Positions 1 through 13,966 of a DNA stretch of 64,000 bases are shown here, piece after piece. The stretch lies in assembly GCA_964016885.1 (NCBI GenBank), contig OZ024740.1, positions 280,364,001 through 280,428,000 of the forward strand, written 5' to 3'. Under the pieces are notes generated by a model. It was not told the origin of the DNA, did no database searches, and saw only the letters and a program-made list of their open reading frames with translations. Within the stretch, counting starts at the first letter, position 1. Each line of letters starts with the position of its first letter. Source of the stretch: Eledone cirrhosa. Lineage: Eukaryota. A program made the translations under genes and the position numbers.

Positions 1-545
1 TCGCTGCGGATCTACCATGGACTCTTTCGGCCTCCACTCGCTTTCCTGTCGCTATAGTGCCGGCCGCTTTCCATGCCATGCTGCTCTCAACGATGTCATA
101 AAGCATGGCTTGCGAGCCGGTGGGGATGGACCGAGGAGTCGGCAAAAGGCCAGATGGCATGACCATCTTCCCGTTCTGAGGTGGTAAACCCCTCGTCTGG
201 GATGATACTTGAAGCGAGACATTCTCCAGCGGCAACCTGGTGCAGTTTGCGACTAACCCAGGTTCTGCTGCACTTCGGGCTGAGGAGGATAAACTCTCTA
301 AGTATCGGTCGCTCTCCGACAGGTTTGCAGTCGAGCCCCTAGCAGTGGAGACTTCTGGTGTCCTTGGCCCTAGGGCTACCTTCGTACTTACCGCCATAGG
401 CGTTGAGTTGGCTAGCTGCAGATGTGAGCCTCGGGAGATGGAATGGCTCTTCCAGCGCATCTCCATTACCATCCTCCGAGGAAACGCCTTCTCCATTCTG
501 TCCACCGGGGCCGTGGGTGGCCAGCACGTGGAACCTCATTTTCTC
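1..545 (+). mobile_element. CRE-clade non-LTR retrotransposon 3' fragment (zinc knuckle + restriction-like endonuclease), degenerate
   Basis: Translates as [22 protein letters not shown], then [22 protein letters not shown] and A..AEEDKLSKY..FAVEPLAVETSG..G..LFQRISITILRGNA; stops and a frameshift present. Confidence 0.8.
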
Positions 546-782
546 ATAATAGAGAGAGATGGGGAGGGCGAGAGAGATGGAGGCGATGACAGTGGGAGTT
601 AGGCTCTTCTATGATCGGACATGGTGTGCAGCGTCAGTTGTCCGTAAAGAGGTAGTGATTCATCTACTATTACAGAGTAAATATCTGCCCTATAAAGAAT
701 TACAGAAATAAATAGTTTTCTGAAAGGGAAATCAGAGAACTATACTTATATAAGGTACTCAATACATACATACATACATACA

Positions 783-814
<32 letters not shown>

Positions 815-962
815 CATACACACACGTACGCACACACATATATACATATATACTGTATATATAGTTCTAGTAAGTTTATAAGTCCCGTATTAATTTGGTA
901 GAATCTTAATGTGTGTATATCTGTGTGTGTGTGTGTGTGTACACACACACACACACCACACA

Positions 963-964
<2 letters not shown>

Positions 965-1039
<75 letters not shown>
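965..1039. repeat. (CTA)n microsatellite; (CATA)n, (GT)n and (TA)n tracts nearby
   Basis: Direct reading; explains the poly-S/L/T ORFs. Confidence 0.95.
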
Positions 1040-1340
1040 TATATACACACACACCACAAAATAAGGGAAAAAATTGGTCATACACATATTTTCCAAAAAT
1101 TCCTGATTGAAAGCCCCAAAATAGAATTTCCTTTACAACCCTACTGTTGATACTTTATATACATTATAAAACTCTTTTAAAAAAGAATTTCCCCTCTCAC
1201 TTTTCAATAATGTCACTTTGACGAATCACAGAAAGGAGAAAAGAAAATAAGAAAAACAGACCCTTAAATACATTTTCCGTGCTATTTCCAACTTCACCTT
1301 TTCTCTATAACCACTGTTTTGTACAGAACATTACTTCCCT

Positions 1341-1426
<86 letters not shown>

Positions 1427-1511
1427 AAAAGGTAAACAGAAATAACAACACAATCGGTACAGTATATGAAAGGAATATATTAGGTTAACGCTTGAAAGAG
1501 CAGGAAGAGGG

Positions 1512-1547
1512 TCTTGACGTTTCAGACGCTAGTCCTTCATCAGAAGA
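1512..1547 (-). ncRNA. Minimal type-I hammerhead ribozyme in a PLE-terminus-like fragment (~1425-1580; homologous to ~48720-48880)
   Basis: tctt CTGATGA a ggac-tagc-gtct GAAA cg TC aaga. Confidence 0.8.
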
Positions 1548-1606
1548 AAGAATGAGAAATAAGATAGATTGAAGGGACGGACGGGTTGGAATTGGAAAAA
1601 AAATAT

Positions 1607-1664
<58 letters not shown>

Positions 1665-1668
<4 letters not shown>

Positions 1669-4600
1669 GACAGTAGCACAGAAATAAGGGAAGGTAATAG
1701 GATTGAAAGGAGAAGGGAGACTATGGACAGAGAAAATAACCAAGACAAACACACAGACACACAAAATAGAGTAGATAATAACAATGAGCCAGAGGAAAGA
1801 GACAGGAGTAATAATGAGAGACATAGAAACAACCATGAGGCTGTTGGTGGAAATAGAAATAGAAACAACACAACTAACAATAACAATAGCACTAGTACAC
1901 ATAAAGCAGCGGCCTGGAACACTACTTTTTATAATCCCTCCGATAAATCGTTCGACCTGCGACGAGTCCACGCCACGACTTTAGCTTTTAACAAACGCAC
2001 GCAATTGCCGTCGCAGGTCGATGAACAAACAGAAGCAAAATTTAGTATAGCTAGATATAAAGTTAGAAATATTATAGAACAGTATAGCAAGAAGCATAAT
2101 AGAATGGAGGCCCAGCAACTGGCAGAAAAATCTGCAAATGGCTTGTGTAAACTCATGCAGCGCTCGCGTAATGGAGAGATAGCATGCTTTCCAAAAGACA
2201 AGTCTGGCAGAATGTCGGTTGACAGTCTGCCAAACTACATCCAGGCAATGCAACCCCACATCACTAACACAAGAGAAGTAAAACCACAAGAGTATGAGGA
2301 TAGAGAAAAAGCCCTCAATGCCCATATGATGATGTGGACAAATATAATGCAGCCCAACAAAAGGACTGCCAACAACTTCCAGGCCTGGAACAATGACGTG
2401 CCAGCTTTGTATGGGCTTCGAAAAGACCATAAAACGTGCAGTGAGCCTGTCACGGGACCACCAACACGGCCAGTCTGTGGAGTTAACATTGCTAGTAACT
2501 ACAGACTGTCCTACTTCCTCTCCCTGATCATACGCTCCATCATTGAAATGTCCCCAGATGTATGTGACAGCACGGAGGACCTCCTCAGCAGATCGGCGAG
2601 AGTAACCGATCTAGGGACCTAACAAACTGCATAATAAGTAGTATGGATGTTGTGTCCCTGTATCCATCTATTGACGTGGATTTTGCTGTGGAGAAATGCG
2701 TAGAAATGATCAGTGAGAGCAATGTTGAATTCCGTGGGATTGATACCAGTGAGCTGGGACTCCTACTTAAACTTACCTATAGTAATAATTATCTAGACAC
2801 ATATGACCTTAGCAACCTGTGCCCTACAAAACCAGCAAGAGGCAGACCACCGACCATTACCTCAATGGCCAAGAAAACCCACACAGATAGATGAAACGGG
2901 TGGACCAGAGCCATACGGAGCCCCGAAAACCACGATGAACTAAATAAAATGATTGCACATGCGGTGGGGGCCAGCATAAAATTAACCCTTAAGGAACATG
3001 TTCAAATTTAATGGAAAAACATATGCCCAAGAGGAGGGAGCAGCCATTGGTGTTAGCATTGCAGGCGACATAGCTAACCTATTCATGGTATGGTGGGACA
3101 GTAGACTTAAACTTAAACTTAAAGAACAATTAGAAGACCCCTTAACCCTGATAATGTACTCCCGCTACGTTGATGATATAAACATCGTAGTTAAAACACC
3201 CCCACTAGAGAACAGTCAGGAATTAGAGAAAAACACAATGGAAAGCATCCAGCAAATAGCAAACTCCATCCACCAGAGTATTAGAGTTACTATAGACTAC
3301 CCAAGCAAACACCCCAACCATCGATTACCTGTACTAGACACAGAGCTCTGGTTAGATACCATTAATAACAAAAAACAAATCCTCCATTCCCATTATGCCA
3401 AACCCATGACTTCCAAATATCTGATCCACCGAAACTCAGCTGTTTCGGACCATACCAAAATCAACATACTGATTGCGGATTTGGTACGGGTAATGAGAAA
3501 CGTGTCCCGCATGTGCAACCCCGAAGAACTAGAGAGACACATACAACACTTCATCCACCGTATGCAGTTCTCTGGTTACAATCAGAGAGATAAAATCAGA
3601 GTGTATAGAGGAGCCAGAACAAAATGGGAAAAAATGGTAAATAATGACACAAATGGCACCTGCCCCTTGTATAGGAGCAAATTTTGGAATAGAATAGAAA
3701 GAACTAGGAATAAGGCTAATAGAATAAACTCATGGTATGATAGCAATAAATACCAGAGTGTAATGTTCATCGATACAACCCATAGAGGTGAATTAGCTTA
3801 CAAATTTAGAAGGGCCCTAGATAAACATAAACTCAATATTAAGATAGTAGAAAGACCAGGTACCTCCATAAAAACACTTATTAGCAAGACATACCCTTTT
3901 CAAAGACCTCCCTGTATAGATAAGAAATGTATAATCTGTAAATTAAGCCCCCATATTAACTGTAAGACTAGAAATGTAGTATATAGCATAAGATGTACTG
4001 AAGGACAATGTAGAGATAAAAATATAGTGTACATAGGTGAGACAGCTCGTAGTATAGGGGAACGGATAAATGAATACTGGCGAGACCTTCAAGATAGTAA
4101 AGAATCATCTGTACTCTACCAACATGCTAAAATAGAACATAAGGGTAAATTAGAGAACATAGAAATAAAAATTGAATCTACACACAGAAAAGACGCAATG
4201 TTTAGACAAATCACAGAGGCAATAAACATAAATGAATTACAACCAAAATTAAATAGAAAACATGAGTGGAACAGCAACATCACAACTTACAATTAAGGAC
4301 AAAATGAAAACACACACGCACATAGAACAAACAACCAACCAGTAACATGTAAATAAACAAATAAATAAACGAATATAAACACACACAGACACCCGGATGT
4401 AACACATGCGCAAACTAAGCACACAACACACACACTAAAACAAGATGGCGTAGGACAGAACAAAGGAGAGGCACAAAAAACAAAGAAAAGAATCCCCAGT
4501 CACTGAAGAGGTCACAGAATGTATGACGAAAGAACTTTGACAATATATAAACAACCATCTGGTTGTGGAACCAACCAACCGGAAATTTATAAATTCCTAA

Positions 4601-4748
4601 ATTTATAAATTTATTATAATAAATTGAAGTGAAAGCAACTGGTGCGTGTGTTTCTTATTGGCAACATGACCCTCCCAAAGTATAACAATATCGGTTTCAA
4701 CACACGTTTTCAGATAAAGAATCTTGCTAAACAAATTCAGAAACGAAA
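1665..4748 (+). mobile_element. Penelope-like element 1 (RT + GIY-YIG), frameshifted, flanked by (TA)n
   Basis: ORF pieces 1723-2622, 2643-2894, 2998-4296: KDKSG, LYGLRKDHK, RPVCG, MDVVSLYPSI, GAAIG, RYVDD, LPVLD, YAKP, C-x4-C-x2-C-x7-C, VVYSIRC..VYIGET.R..ER; 3' HHR. Confidence 0.92.
4499..4541 (+). ncRNA. Minimal hammerhead ribozyme in PLE1 3' terminus
   Basis: gtca CTGAAGA g gtca-cagaatgta-tgac GAAA gaac TT tgac; homologous copy at 62633-62675 (-). Confidence 0.75.
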
Positions 4749-5344
4749 TATATATATATATATATATATGTATATGAAACTGAAAAGTGAGTTTGTCCGT
4801 TTAGAAGCCATACATTGCAAGTGGGCTAGATCACCAAGGTAACATGCTGGAAGGGAATTGATAGAGCTGAGATAGAAAGCAAAAGTGGAAGAAGGAAAAT
4901 AAGAAGAAAAGAAAGAATGACAAAGTTTTCCTTACCAATTAATCAGTTCCCAAATATTTCGGATTTACAATCCATGATTGAGGGGTTGGTCTGTAAGGGA
5001 GTGGGGGAGGTTCGGAGAAACTATTCTGGCTTGTATGATATCAGTGTTATATTTCTTTAAAATATTTCTCTAATGTCTCATTATATATGTCTCATTATAT
5101 ATATCACTACTTTAAAACTGATAGCGTATCTAAATGGTATCTAAATGTTTTTAATTAAACATACTGTATATTGCCAAATATACTATACATACATTCATAT
5201 ATACATCGCTATTTCAGAGAACCAATCCTAATACCTAATTTTGGCTGGACCGGCAATCGCTCTGTATAATCAGCTCCTGATTATTACTGGAATTCTATAA
5301 GAATCCAGCTTCTATAATTTTCGGCGGCAGCAGGGGAGTGCGTG

Positions 5345-5384
5345 GCTCTGATGAACGCCAACCAGCGTGAAACCGACTGTCAGC
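5345..5384 (+). ncRNA. Minimal hammerhead ribozyme; repeat family also at ~11320-11530 (+) and ~14020-14300 (-)
   Basis: gct CTGATGA acgc-caacca-gcgt GAAA ccgactg TC agc. Confidence 0.75.
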
Positions 5385-5679
5385 TTCTCTCCCTTTCTTC
5401 GCCTAAAAGAAGTAAGTGACATAGTCAGACTTTAAAACTGATAGTGTATGGTCTTCTAAATGTTTTTAATTAAACATACAGTATATTGCCAAATATACTA
5501 TACATACATTCACATATATATATATAACGAAGGAAGTGTGGAAGCACGGTAAGAAACATTTCAGTGAGTTTATGTAGTAAGAATAATCCTATAAGATCGG
5601 TCACCTCTGCCGAGTCGGTCGCGCCCATACTGACGTCGAAGGGGGGGTCGGGAGCTCTCTTTATCCAATTGCATTCGGC

Positions 5680-6740
5680 GGTGGATTGAACCGAGACGAT
5701 GGGCTCCTTACCCTCAAAGGGTACAATCCCAGTAGTACGGACCGGGTCCGTAAACCTCTAATCAACTTCTTCCGGGACTGGGGTTTTAAAATCACCCTAC
5801 AGACGTCCCTTACCCGAGTCAATTTTCTGGACGTTACCCTTAACCGCGAAAATGATTTGTACTACCCATACAGGAAACCAAACGACAACCTACACTACAT
5901 CCACCACCACTCTAACCATCCTAGAAACATCACCAATAACCTGGTTAAAACATCTCCCTCCGCATATCTCATTTGTCTGCTAATGAGCAGATATTCAATG
6001 AACATGTGCCTTATTACAACTAGGCCCTCAAGTGAAGCGGCTTTCGGGAGGAAATCTCCTTTTACCCATGCTCCCCTAGCGGAACCTGCAGGCGACGCTG
6101 CCGCTCACGCCACATAACGTGTTTAAACCCTCCCCACAATGCCGAGGTTGCAGCATCAATCGGGAAAATCTTCTTTAGACAGCTCGAAAAACACTTCCCA
6201 CCAAAACACCACTACCACAACATAATCAACAAAAACACTATCAAACTCTCCTACAGCACCACACCCATCTTCGCACAAAACATCGCCTCCTCAAACAACA
6301 AGAAACTCAGCTCCTACGGAAGAAACAACCTAGACATTAGTGAAGAGCCGACCAGGAGGTGTAACTGCCCTGATAGATCTACGTGCCCCTTCAACAACAG
6401 ATGCCGAGAGCGTAACGTGATCTCTACCAATGCAACGTGAGGACGGAAAACTCCAACAAAGCCTATATAGGATTAACCGCCTGTGACTTTAAGACCTGGC
6501 TCTACCAATACCAACATACGTTCAGAAACCCGGCCCGGCGACATGCCACTACTCTTTCGGGCCACATCTGGATAATAACATCACATACCATCTTACTTGG
6601 AACTTACTTTCCAGGGCTAACTCCTACTCGGGAGGACGTCATCCGTGTAACTTATGCTCGGAGGAAACAATACAAATGCTGTTTATGAAGGACCAACTCC
6701 TAAACAAAAAGACGAACTTGTAACCGCATGTAAACACCGA
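5680..6740 (+). mobile_element. Penelope-like element fragment 3 (RT C-terminus + GIY-YIG), degenerate
   Basis: NRDDGL, VNFLDVTLN, PYRKPNDNLHYIHHHSNHP, then frameshifted KLSYS, CNC..CP...C, AYIGLT, T.LSGHIW, CNLCSEE. Confidence 0.85.
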
Positions 6741-7366
6741 TTGCGTAGGACTTACCTTGCCTTCAAACCCCCTCATGATCCGGGTGGATAGAAAATGGCT
6801 GCAACATCCTTCTTTTCCCCACTTGCCGAACAAGATAGGGGAAACCCCAGCATACATAGGTAGATGTACTTCTTTTTTTTTCCCCCATTATCTCTTCTCA
6901 CTTCCTTCCTCCCCCTCTCCTCTTCCTTTTCCTTTTTCCTCTTTCGCTTACTCTGAGGCAGCTCATTGGGCTTTTGTAGCCTCAGTACTTCCACCCCTGT
7001 GAATTCTATATAGCATTGGCTGAAAACACACCAGCTAAAAATATAGCAGCTGTTTTAGACTCTAGTTTTTTTTTTTATTTTTAAATTTTATAATTTCCCA
7101 TTTTCAGATTCCTGTAGAATCCTATTTTCGCCTGCATTCTAGCTAGCCTACTTAATCCAAACTCCTTAGAATTTGCTGTATAGAACTTACTTTCAACGCT
7201 TGACCGGCTTCACCCACTCCCACACTGTTCTACAGGCAAATTCAGCATCCTCCCCACCCCTACCCACCGCCATGAAAGATTTAACTGTGTTTACAAGAAA
7301 CTTCAACCAATCCATTTGACAACTACAACCTTCAGAAATGCATGATTATCGCATGCCCATATATGG

Positions 7367-7453
7367 AATTACCCCTTGAAAAGTTCGGCTATATTATTAC
7401 CACTCTAAAAATCTAATTTAGTCTAGAAATAGCCGTCGAAACGGGTTGGAATT
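7367..7453 (+). ncRNA. Hammerhead-like motif with U3:A8 core and long stem II
   Basis: aatt-acc-cc TTGAAAA g..cggctat...atagccg.c GAAA cggg TT ggaatt; stems I and III weak. Confidence 0.45.
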
Positions 7454-7651
7454 GGAAAAAAAGTCTTTAGATAAAAATAACAGGTCCATTCATGTTGACA
7501 TCTCGTGGAACACTGTTGGTGCTGGCGTTTTGTGTATGATTTATTTTTAGAAAAGTGGATGATGGAGCGCGACTACCTGAAATGGAAAAAAAAACCGTTT
7601 TGTAAAAAGAGCTATACTTGTGCACGTGCGTAAACATGTGTGTGTGTGTGT

Positions 7652-7708
<57 letters not shown>

Positions 7709-7899
7709 TGTGTGTGTGTGTGTGTGTGTGTTATTATACGTCCGTACGAAGCTAAGAAGAAATGTGTGTGTATATATGAGTAAAAGAGTGTGTGTGCATG
7801 TAAGTACGAAGCTATGAGCAAAAGTATGTTAATATAAGGGTGCGTATGTGTGTATATAGAGCAGTGAAGGGAAAAGTGGAGTGAGCATATATAGTCAGC

Positions 7900-9400
7900 A
7901 TGTATTAGTTGTAAGAGAAGATGTTAATGATCAAGAGAAAGCAATAGGAATCTAGGGGTGTGATAATGGACGGGGTATTAGAGAAATTGGGTGAGTTGAG
8001 TCCAAGAGGGGAATAGGACCCAAGGCGGTGAATCAGACTTTGTTCAGTCCTGGTGCGCGAGGCCTGTGATCCATGATGTAAAAGGACACCCAGGACTGAA
8101 ACATGTAGGGAAGAATGACCAGGAGAATAGAAATGACGGGCGACAGGAATATCCAAACTGAGTCGTATGTCCCTCAAATATTCGGCAAAGCGGTCGGCCA
8201 TACGGCGTGCCGTTTGTCCGATATATAAAGACCCGCAAAGGGAACACCAGAGGGAATAGACAACGTGGGGGATGTGCAGGTGAAGGAATAGCGGATACGG
8301 AAAGACCCGTTAGGGCCTGTAAGAGTGGTGAGGGTGGAAATAAAGGGACAAGTGTTGCAGCAGTAACGGGAACAAGGATGAGAGCCGGGTGGAGGAACTG
8401 CGAACCAGGAGATCGCGGATGTTGCCGGTACGCTTAAAAGCAGTAATGGGTGGGTTTGGAAAAAAGCGAAAAGTGACGGGGTCAGAAGAGAAGATATGGA
8501 AGGAACTGGTGTGGGTTGGATGGGAGGAGGTAAAGTCGAGGTAAGATTGGGAGTCTGTTGGTTTAATGAAGATGGAAGTAGAGAGGGTGTGGTGAGAGTG
8601 ATTAATAGATAGAGAGATATCTAGAAAAACGACAGGAGAATCGGAGACGGAGGCGGTGAAATTGAGAGCAGGATGGAAAAATTGGACAAAAGAAAGAAAA
8701 CAGTCGAGCTGTTCTCGTGATAGAGAGGTGGCGCCGATACAGTCGTCGATATAACGACCGTATAGCTCAGGAGTCGGTCCAGCGTACCGGGAGAAGATCT
8801 GGGCTTCGACGTAGCCAACAAACAAGTTGGCATAGTTTGGACCCATTCTGGTTCCCATCGATACCCCAGAGACCTGCTGATAAAATTCACCCGAAAAGGA
8901 AAAGCCATTGAGGGTGAGAACAAGCTCAGCCAGACGGAGAAGAGTGGTAGTGCTGGGGTATGGGGTAGGGCGTGAATCTAAAAAAATGTTAGCGCTGACC
9001 TCTATAGAGCTGAGGCTCTCCGCCAGCTTCACAATACCCTTTTTTACCTCCCCTTATCCTCCGACCCCACTCCTAGCTACCAACAATTCGTGTCCTCCAC
9101 CACCCACGAGCTCATCTCCTCCTCTCTCATACTCTCCACAGCCACTAACCTTATTGTACGCACCCCTCGCACACTCATCCCGACCGTCCTATCGTTTCTG
9201 CGTGCAACTGCCCCACCGAGATAATTTCTGAATATTTAGACTCCATCCTCGCCCCGTTGGTCGGCAATTTCCTCTCCCACATCCACGATACAAATCATGC
9301 CCTTAGACTCTTCAACTCTTTCTCCTTCCATCCTGGTCCCTCTCGCATTCTCTTTACTCTGGACATCAACTCTCTCTATACCGTCATCCCTCATGATGAC
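7900..9400 (-). mobile_element. Penelope-like element 4 with inverted 5' segment, degenerate
   Basis: Minus 8995-7905: GVSMGTRMGPNYANLF, RYIDD, FLDI, KPTDSQSYL..SSHP, GIY-YIG remnant (ADRFAEY..PVARHF). Plus ~9020-9400: RPIVSACNCPTE..DINSLYTVIPHDD. Confidence 0.88.
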
Positions 9401-9480
<80 letters not shown>

Positions 9481-9521
9481 AATATATATATATATATGTA
9501 TGTCGGATACATGTCTATCGG

Positions 9522-9568
<47 letters not shown>

Positions 9569-10644
9569 TGATGTTTAATGGACGAAAACTTTACAGATAC
9601 ATGTATCCGACAGACATGTATCTGTAAAGTTTTCGTCCATTAAACATTACTCACAAGGCTTTGGTTGAAGTATCTTTAGCAGAAAGCAATTGCCTTGCTT
9701 TGTATTCAACCTAGAACCACATACTTGTGAAGCAAATTTTATAACTATACAACTATTCTGTTTCGTATCATATCGATGTTTTATATTTGTTAAAGATACC
9801 CTTAAAACATATCTCTGATCTATCAACTGTTAGCTCATTTTAAAAAGAAATCTTAATTATTTCTACTTTTGGCACAAGGCCAGCAATTATCCCAGTGCAT
9901 TACTGGTACTTTACTGGGGTAATTGCTGGCTTTGTGCCAAAAGTAGAAATAATTAAGATTTTTTTTTAACAAATATAAAACATCGATATGATACGAAACA
10001 GAATACCGAGCAAGCTGATTAATTTTACAAGAGAATCCATCTCGAGACACTTATAAAATCAGAAAAAGAGTTGCGAAGTAGAAGAAACTTTAAATATTTT
10101 ATTGCGCAATACAGTTTCTGATATGAAAAAGTGCGCATATCATTTAATTCAATGTTTAGTTAGGTGAGGTTATATTGTTGCTCAAAAATACAAAAGTTCA
10201 AGATAAACTGTGTTGAAAGATTTTTATTTTTTCATAACGACAATTGCAATTATCAGTGCAAAAGCAAATAATATACAAAACAGTGAGCTTCTTCGTCTCA
10301 CAATTGGAATGTTATAAATTTCTTGGCGTCTTTTTAAAGAAGGTTAGGAATTAGCTGAATCGTTAAAACGTATGAACTCTCAGAATTCTGTGTTCTGAGT
10401 TCAAACACTGCCGGGGTTAACTTGTTTTTAATCCTTTCGAATCGATGAAATAAAATACCGTTCCACAAGGTTAATTGACGGTATTGTTAGATTGTTGGGC
10501 GAGATTACCCTCATTTGCATATGGAGCTGTCGGCCGGCTCGGCCTGAAAATAGAATTAAAGTTTTCGCTAATCAGCGCATATATATAGGCGTAAAAACTA
10601 GATATTTTCGCCTATATTGAATTCCTAAAGAGAAAAGGATAGGG

Positions 10645-10700
10645 GGAGCACTGTCTTGATAAGGGCCACTAGCCAGAAACGATCGTCCGCCGTTACTCTC
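10645..10700 (+). ncRNA. Hammerhead-like motif with U3:A8 core; stem I degenerate
   Basis: TTGATAA g ggc-cacta-gcc a GAAA cgatcg TC; palindromic stem III ACGATCGT. Confidence 0.55.
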
Positions 10701-11325
10701 TCCTGCTTCTGCTAGAATTCTAGATGGCGTTAGTCATCAGCTTCCAAAATTCATAGCTAAAAGGCTTTCAAATGTTAATTCGTAAACATACCATATATCA
10801 TTAGATATACAACACACATACACACACAAACACCTACACACACACACATATATATGCAATATATAAGTGCATGTTTATAAAGATGCACATATTTGTGACA
10901 GAGTTAATTACTGCTCACCAAATACATACAGAAGGAAGAGAGTCGAGGAGACAACATTATAAAGGGAGTCGATGGGAACATGATTACTAATAATCTTATT
11001 GGATACTCAGAATCAGGTTAAATTGCAACAGGATGTAGGAAGTTTAAATGAAAACCCTGTATAGCAACTATGGGAATGGTAAGTTATTAGGTGGACACGA
11101 AGCAGTCAATTAATTACTGATGTTAATTTTATTTATTTCCTTCGAGCAGATTCATTCTTGCCAGAGTCATGGTAATAATAACCACCGGTAGCTTGACTTC
11201 AATTCTTTGTTTTGATTACCCATAATATATATATATACTACAGTGGATATGGCGCATGTCTCTCAGACATGACAACCCTTAATTTTAATTTTGGATATAT
11301 ATATATATATATATATATATACGAT

Positions 11326-11366
11326 GCTCTGAGGATCGCCAACAGCGTGAAATAGAATTTGTCAGC
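11326..11366 (+). ncRNA. Degenerate hammerhead, same family as 5345
   Basis: gct CTGAGGA tcgc-caaca-gcgt GAAA tagaatttg TC agc. Confidence 0.55.
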
Positions 11367-11526
11367 TTCTCTCCCTTCTTTTGCCGAAAAAAGAAGTAAG
11401 TGACATAGTCACTACTTTAAAATTGCTAGCGCAAGGTCTTCAAAATGTTTTTAATTAAACATACGGTATATTGCTAAATATACTATATTTACATTCATGT
11501 ATACATCGCTATTTCAGAGCACCAAT

Positions 11527-11640
<114 letters not shown>

Positions 11641-11755
11641 ATATATATATATATATATATATACATACATGCATGCATACCTACATACATACATACATAC
11701 ATACATACATACATACATACATACATACATAAGGTTACATATATATATATACATA

Positions 11756-13810
11756 CATGATGGCTGCAAACTCTGCTAAGAATATTGCGATCGCTTGTAA
11801 CAGATCCTGAACAAGCAATGCCTGTGCTTTCAAGTGGGGGAAAGGCCTTGCACTCGACCAATCCCACTCTCTGAGCATCGAAAACACTACCCGAAAACTT
11901 GTCAACATCATCGGATGCTTCCAAAGCTGCAGGTTTTCTTTTCAGGGTTTCCCTCTCAGAAAGGTGTTGTGACAACAACTGGGGGCCTTTCACTTCCAGG
12001 TGGAAAAAAAAGTACTATTTGGATGGCCGTTGACTCTGCTGAGTTCCTTGTATTTCATCCCGCAGTGTGTCCAAATATCACCCTCCTCACCAAGCAAGCT
12101 TGGTGGGGGTTGCCGGTTTAGTCGCCGACGACCCGACCATACATACATGGTGGCTGCCAACTCGTTTTCGAGTACGGCCACTACTTTAAATCCATGTAAG
12201 AGAACCCCTACCGATGCGCTGAACGAGTGTGACTTTTTAGTCCAGCCAGCGATTTGAAAAATCTGGTACAAACACTACACTTGTGACAATTATTGACACA
12301 TAGTGCTGAACCCATGGTACCATGTGATGACAAGTGCAGAGAGATCTCCAGATATAAAGCAATGCCTGTGCCGTGAAGCTTTTATAGTGAGCAAAGGCAC
12401 TGCACAAAGCCAGTCCCACTCTCTTAACCAAGATGATATTTACCAAAAAGAAGAACAAGTCAACATCATTGGATACCATGAGCGTTGCAGGTGTTATATC
12501 AGAGTTTTCCTTCTCCTAGAATTCTGCCTTGACAAAGGCTAAGGGGTCATCTCTCCCGGTGATTTTGGATGGCCGTTGACTCTTAAGAGCTCCTTTGCCC
12601 TTTGACAGGTTTTGTTTTTAGTCCTGCAGGATGTCCAAAGTCACCCTCCTCACCAAGAAACCTTGGTGGGGTTGCCAGTTTAGTCGCCAACGACTCGACC
12701 ATGAGACAGGTTGTACTGGGATACATGTTACCAGTAGCACCAACTGGTGACCTGACATAAACATACATACATACGTACATACATACATACATGGTGGCTG
12801 CCAACTCGTTTTCGAGTACGGCCACTACTTTATATCCATGTAGGAGAACCCCTACCGATGCGCTGAACGAGTGTGACTTTTTAGTCCAGCCTGCGACATG
12901 AAAACTCTGGTACAAACACTACACTTGTAACAATTATTGACACATAGTGCTGGGTCCATGGTACCATGTGACGACAAGTGCAGAGAGATCTCCAGATATA
13001 AAGCAATGCCTGTGCCGTGAAGCTTTTATAGTGAGCAAAGGCACTGCACAAAGCCAGTCCCACTCTCTTAACCAAGATGATATTTACCAAAAAGAAGAAC
13101 AAGTCAACATCATTGATACCATCAGGGTTGCAGGTGTTATATCAGAGTTTTCCTTCTCCTAGAATTCTGCCTTGACAAAGGCTAAGGGGTCATCTCTCCC
13201 ATACATACATACATACATACATACATACATACATACATACATACATACATACATACATACATACATACATACATACATACATACATACATGCATACATCT
13301 ACATACATACGTACGTACATACATACATGATGGCTGCAACTCAATTTCGAATAATGCCATCACTTGATACTTTAGCATGAATATCACGGACGTTGCTTTT
13401 TAGTCCTGCTAGAGACTTGCCTATAGTCAGCAATACCATGCATCGCAAAAATATGTCAAATATCAAGCGATGTCTGTGCTTGAAGCTTTTTTAAGTGAGG
13501 AAAGGCTTTGCACGGAATCATTCCCATTCTCTGAGCATCGAATGTATTTATCCCAAAAGAAGAACTGGTCTACATCATTGGATGCAAACGAAGTCGCAGA
13601 TTTTATATCATAGTGACGTTCTCCTAGAGAGATGTATTAATGAAGACTAAGAGTCTCTCGTTCCACAAAAAAAAGAAAAAATACTTTATTGGATCACCGT
13701 TGAGTCCCCTGAGTTTCTCCGCCCTTTGATGGGTTTTGTTTTTCATCCCACAGGGTGTCCAATATCACCCTCTTCACCAAGCTTGCCAGTTTAGTCACCG
13801 ACGGTTAACC
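11756..13810 (-). mobile_element. Head-to-tail cluster of four copies of a non-coding RTE-related element, each ending in an (ATGT)n tail
   Basis: Each unit starts on + with (ATAC)n-ATGRTGGCTGC(C/A)AACTC (~11758, 12148, 12791, 13328). 12140-12557 and 12785-13200 are near-identical. Minus-strand CTAGGAGAAGGAAAACTCTG resembles RTE-associated UTR sequence. Confidence 0.6.
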
Positions 13811-13848
13811 TCAGCTTGATTTGAACTCAGAGCGTAAAGGACCGCAAT

Positions 13849-13922
<74 letters not shown>

Positions 13923-13930
13923 TCTCTCTC

Positions 13931-13966
<36 letters not shown>

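Noticed and set aside
2892-2894. In-frame TGA in PLE1 RT as possible selenocysteine or readthrough
   Set aside because: The element also has two frameshifts, the context fits a TGG-to-TGA decay, and no SECIS was recognised.
6950-6990. CTGAGGC...GCCTCAG hairpin after PLE3 as a ribozyme
   Set aside because: Simple hairpin with no GAAA box in register.
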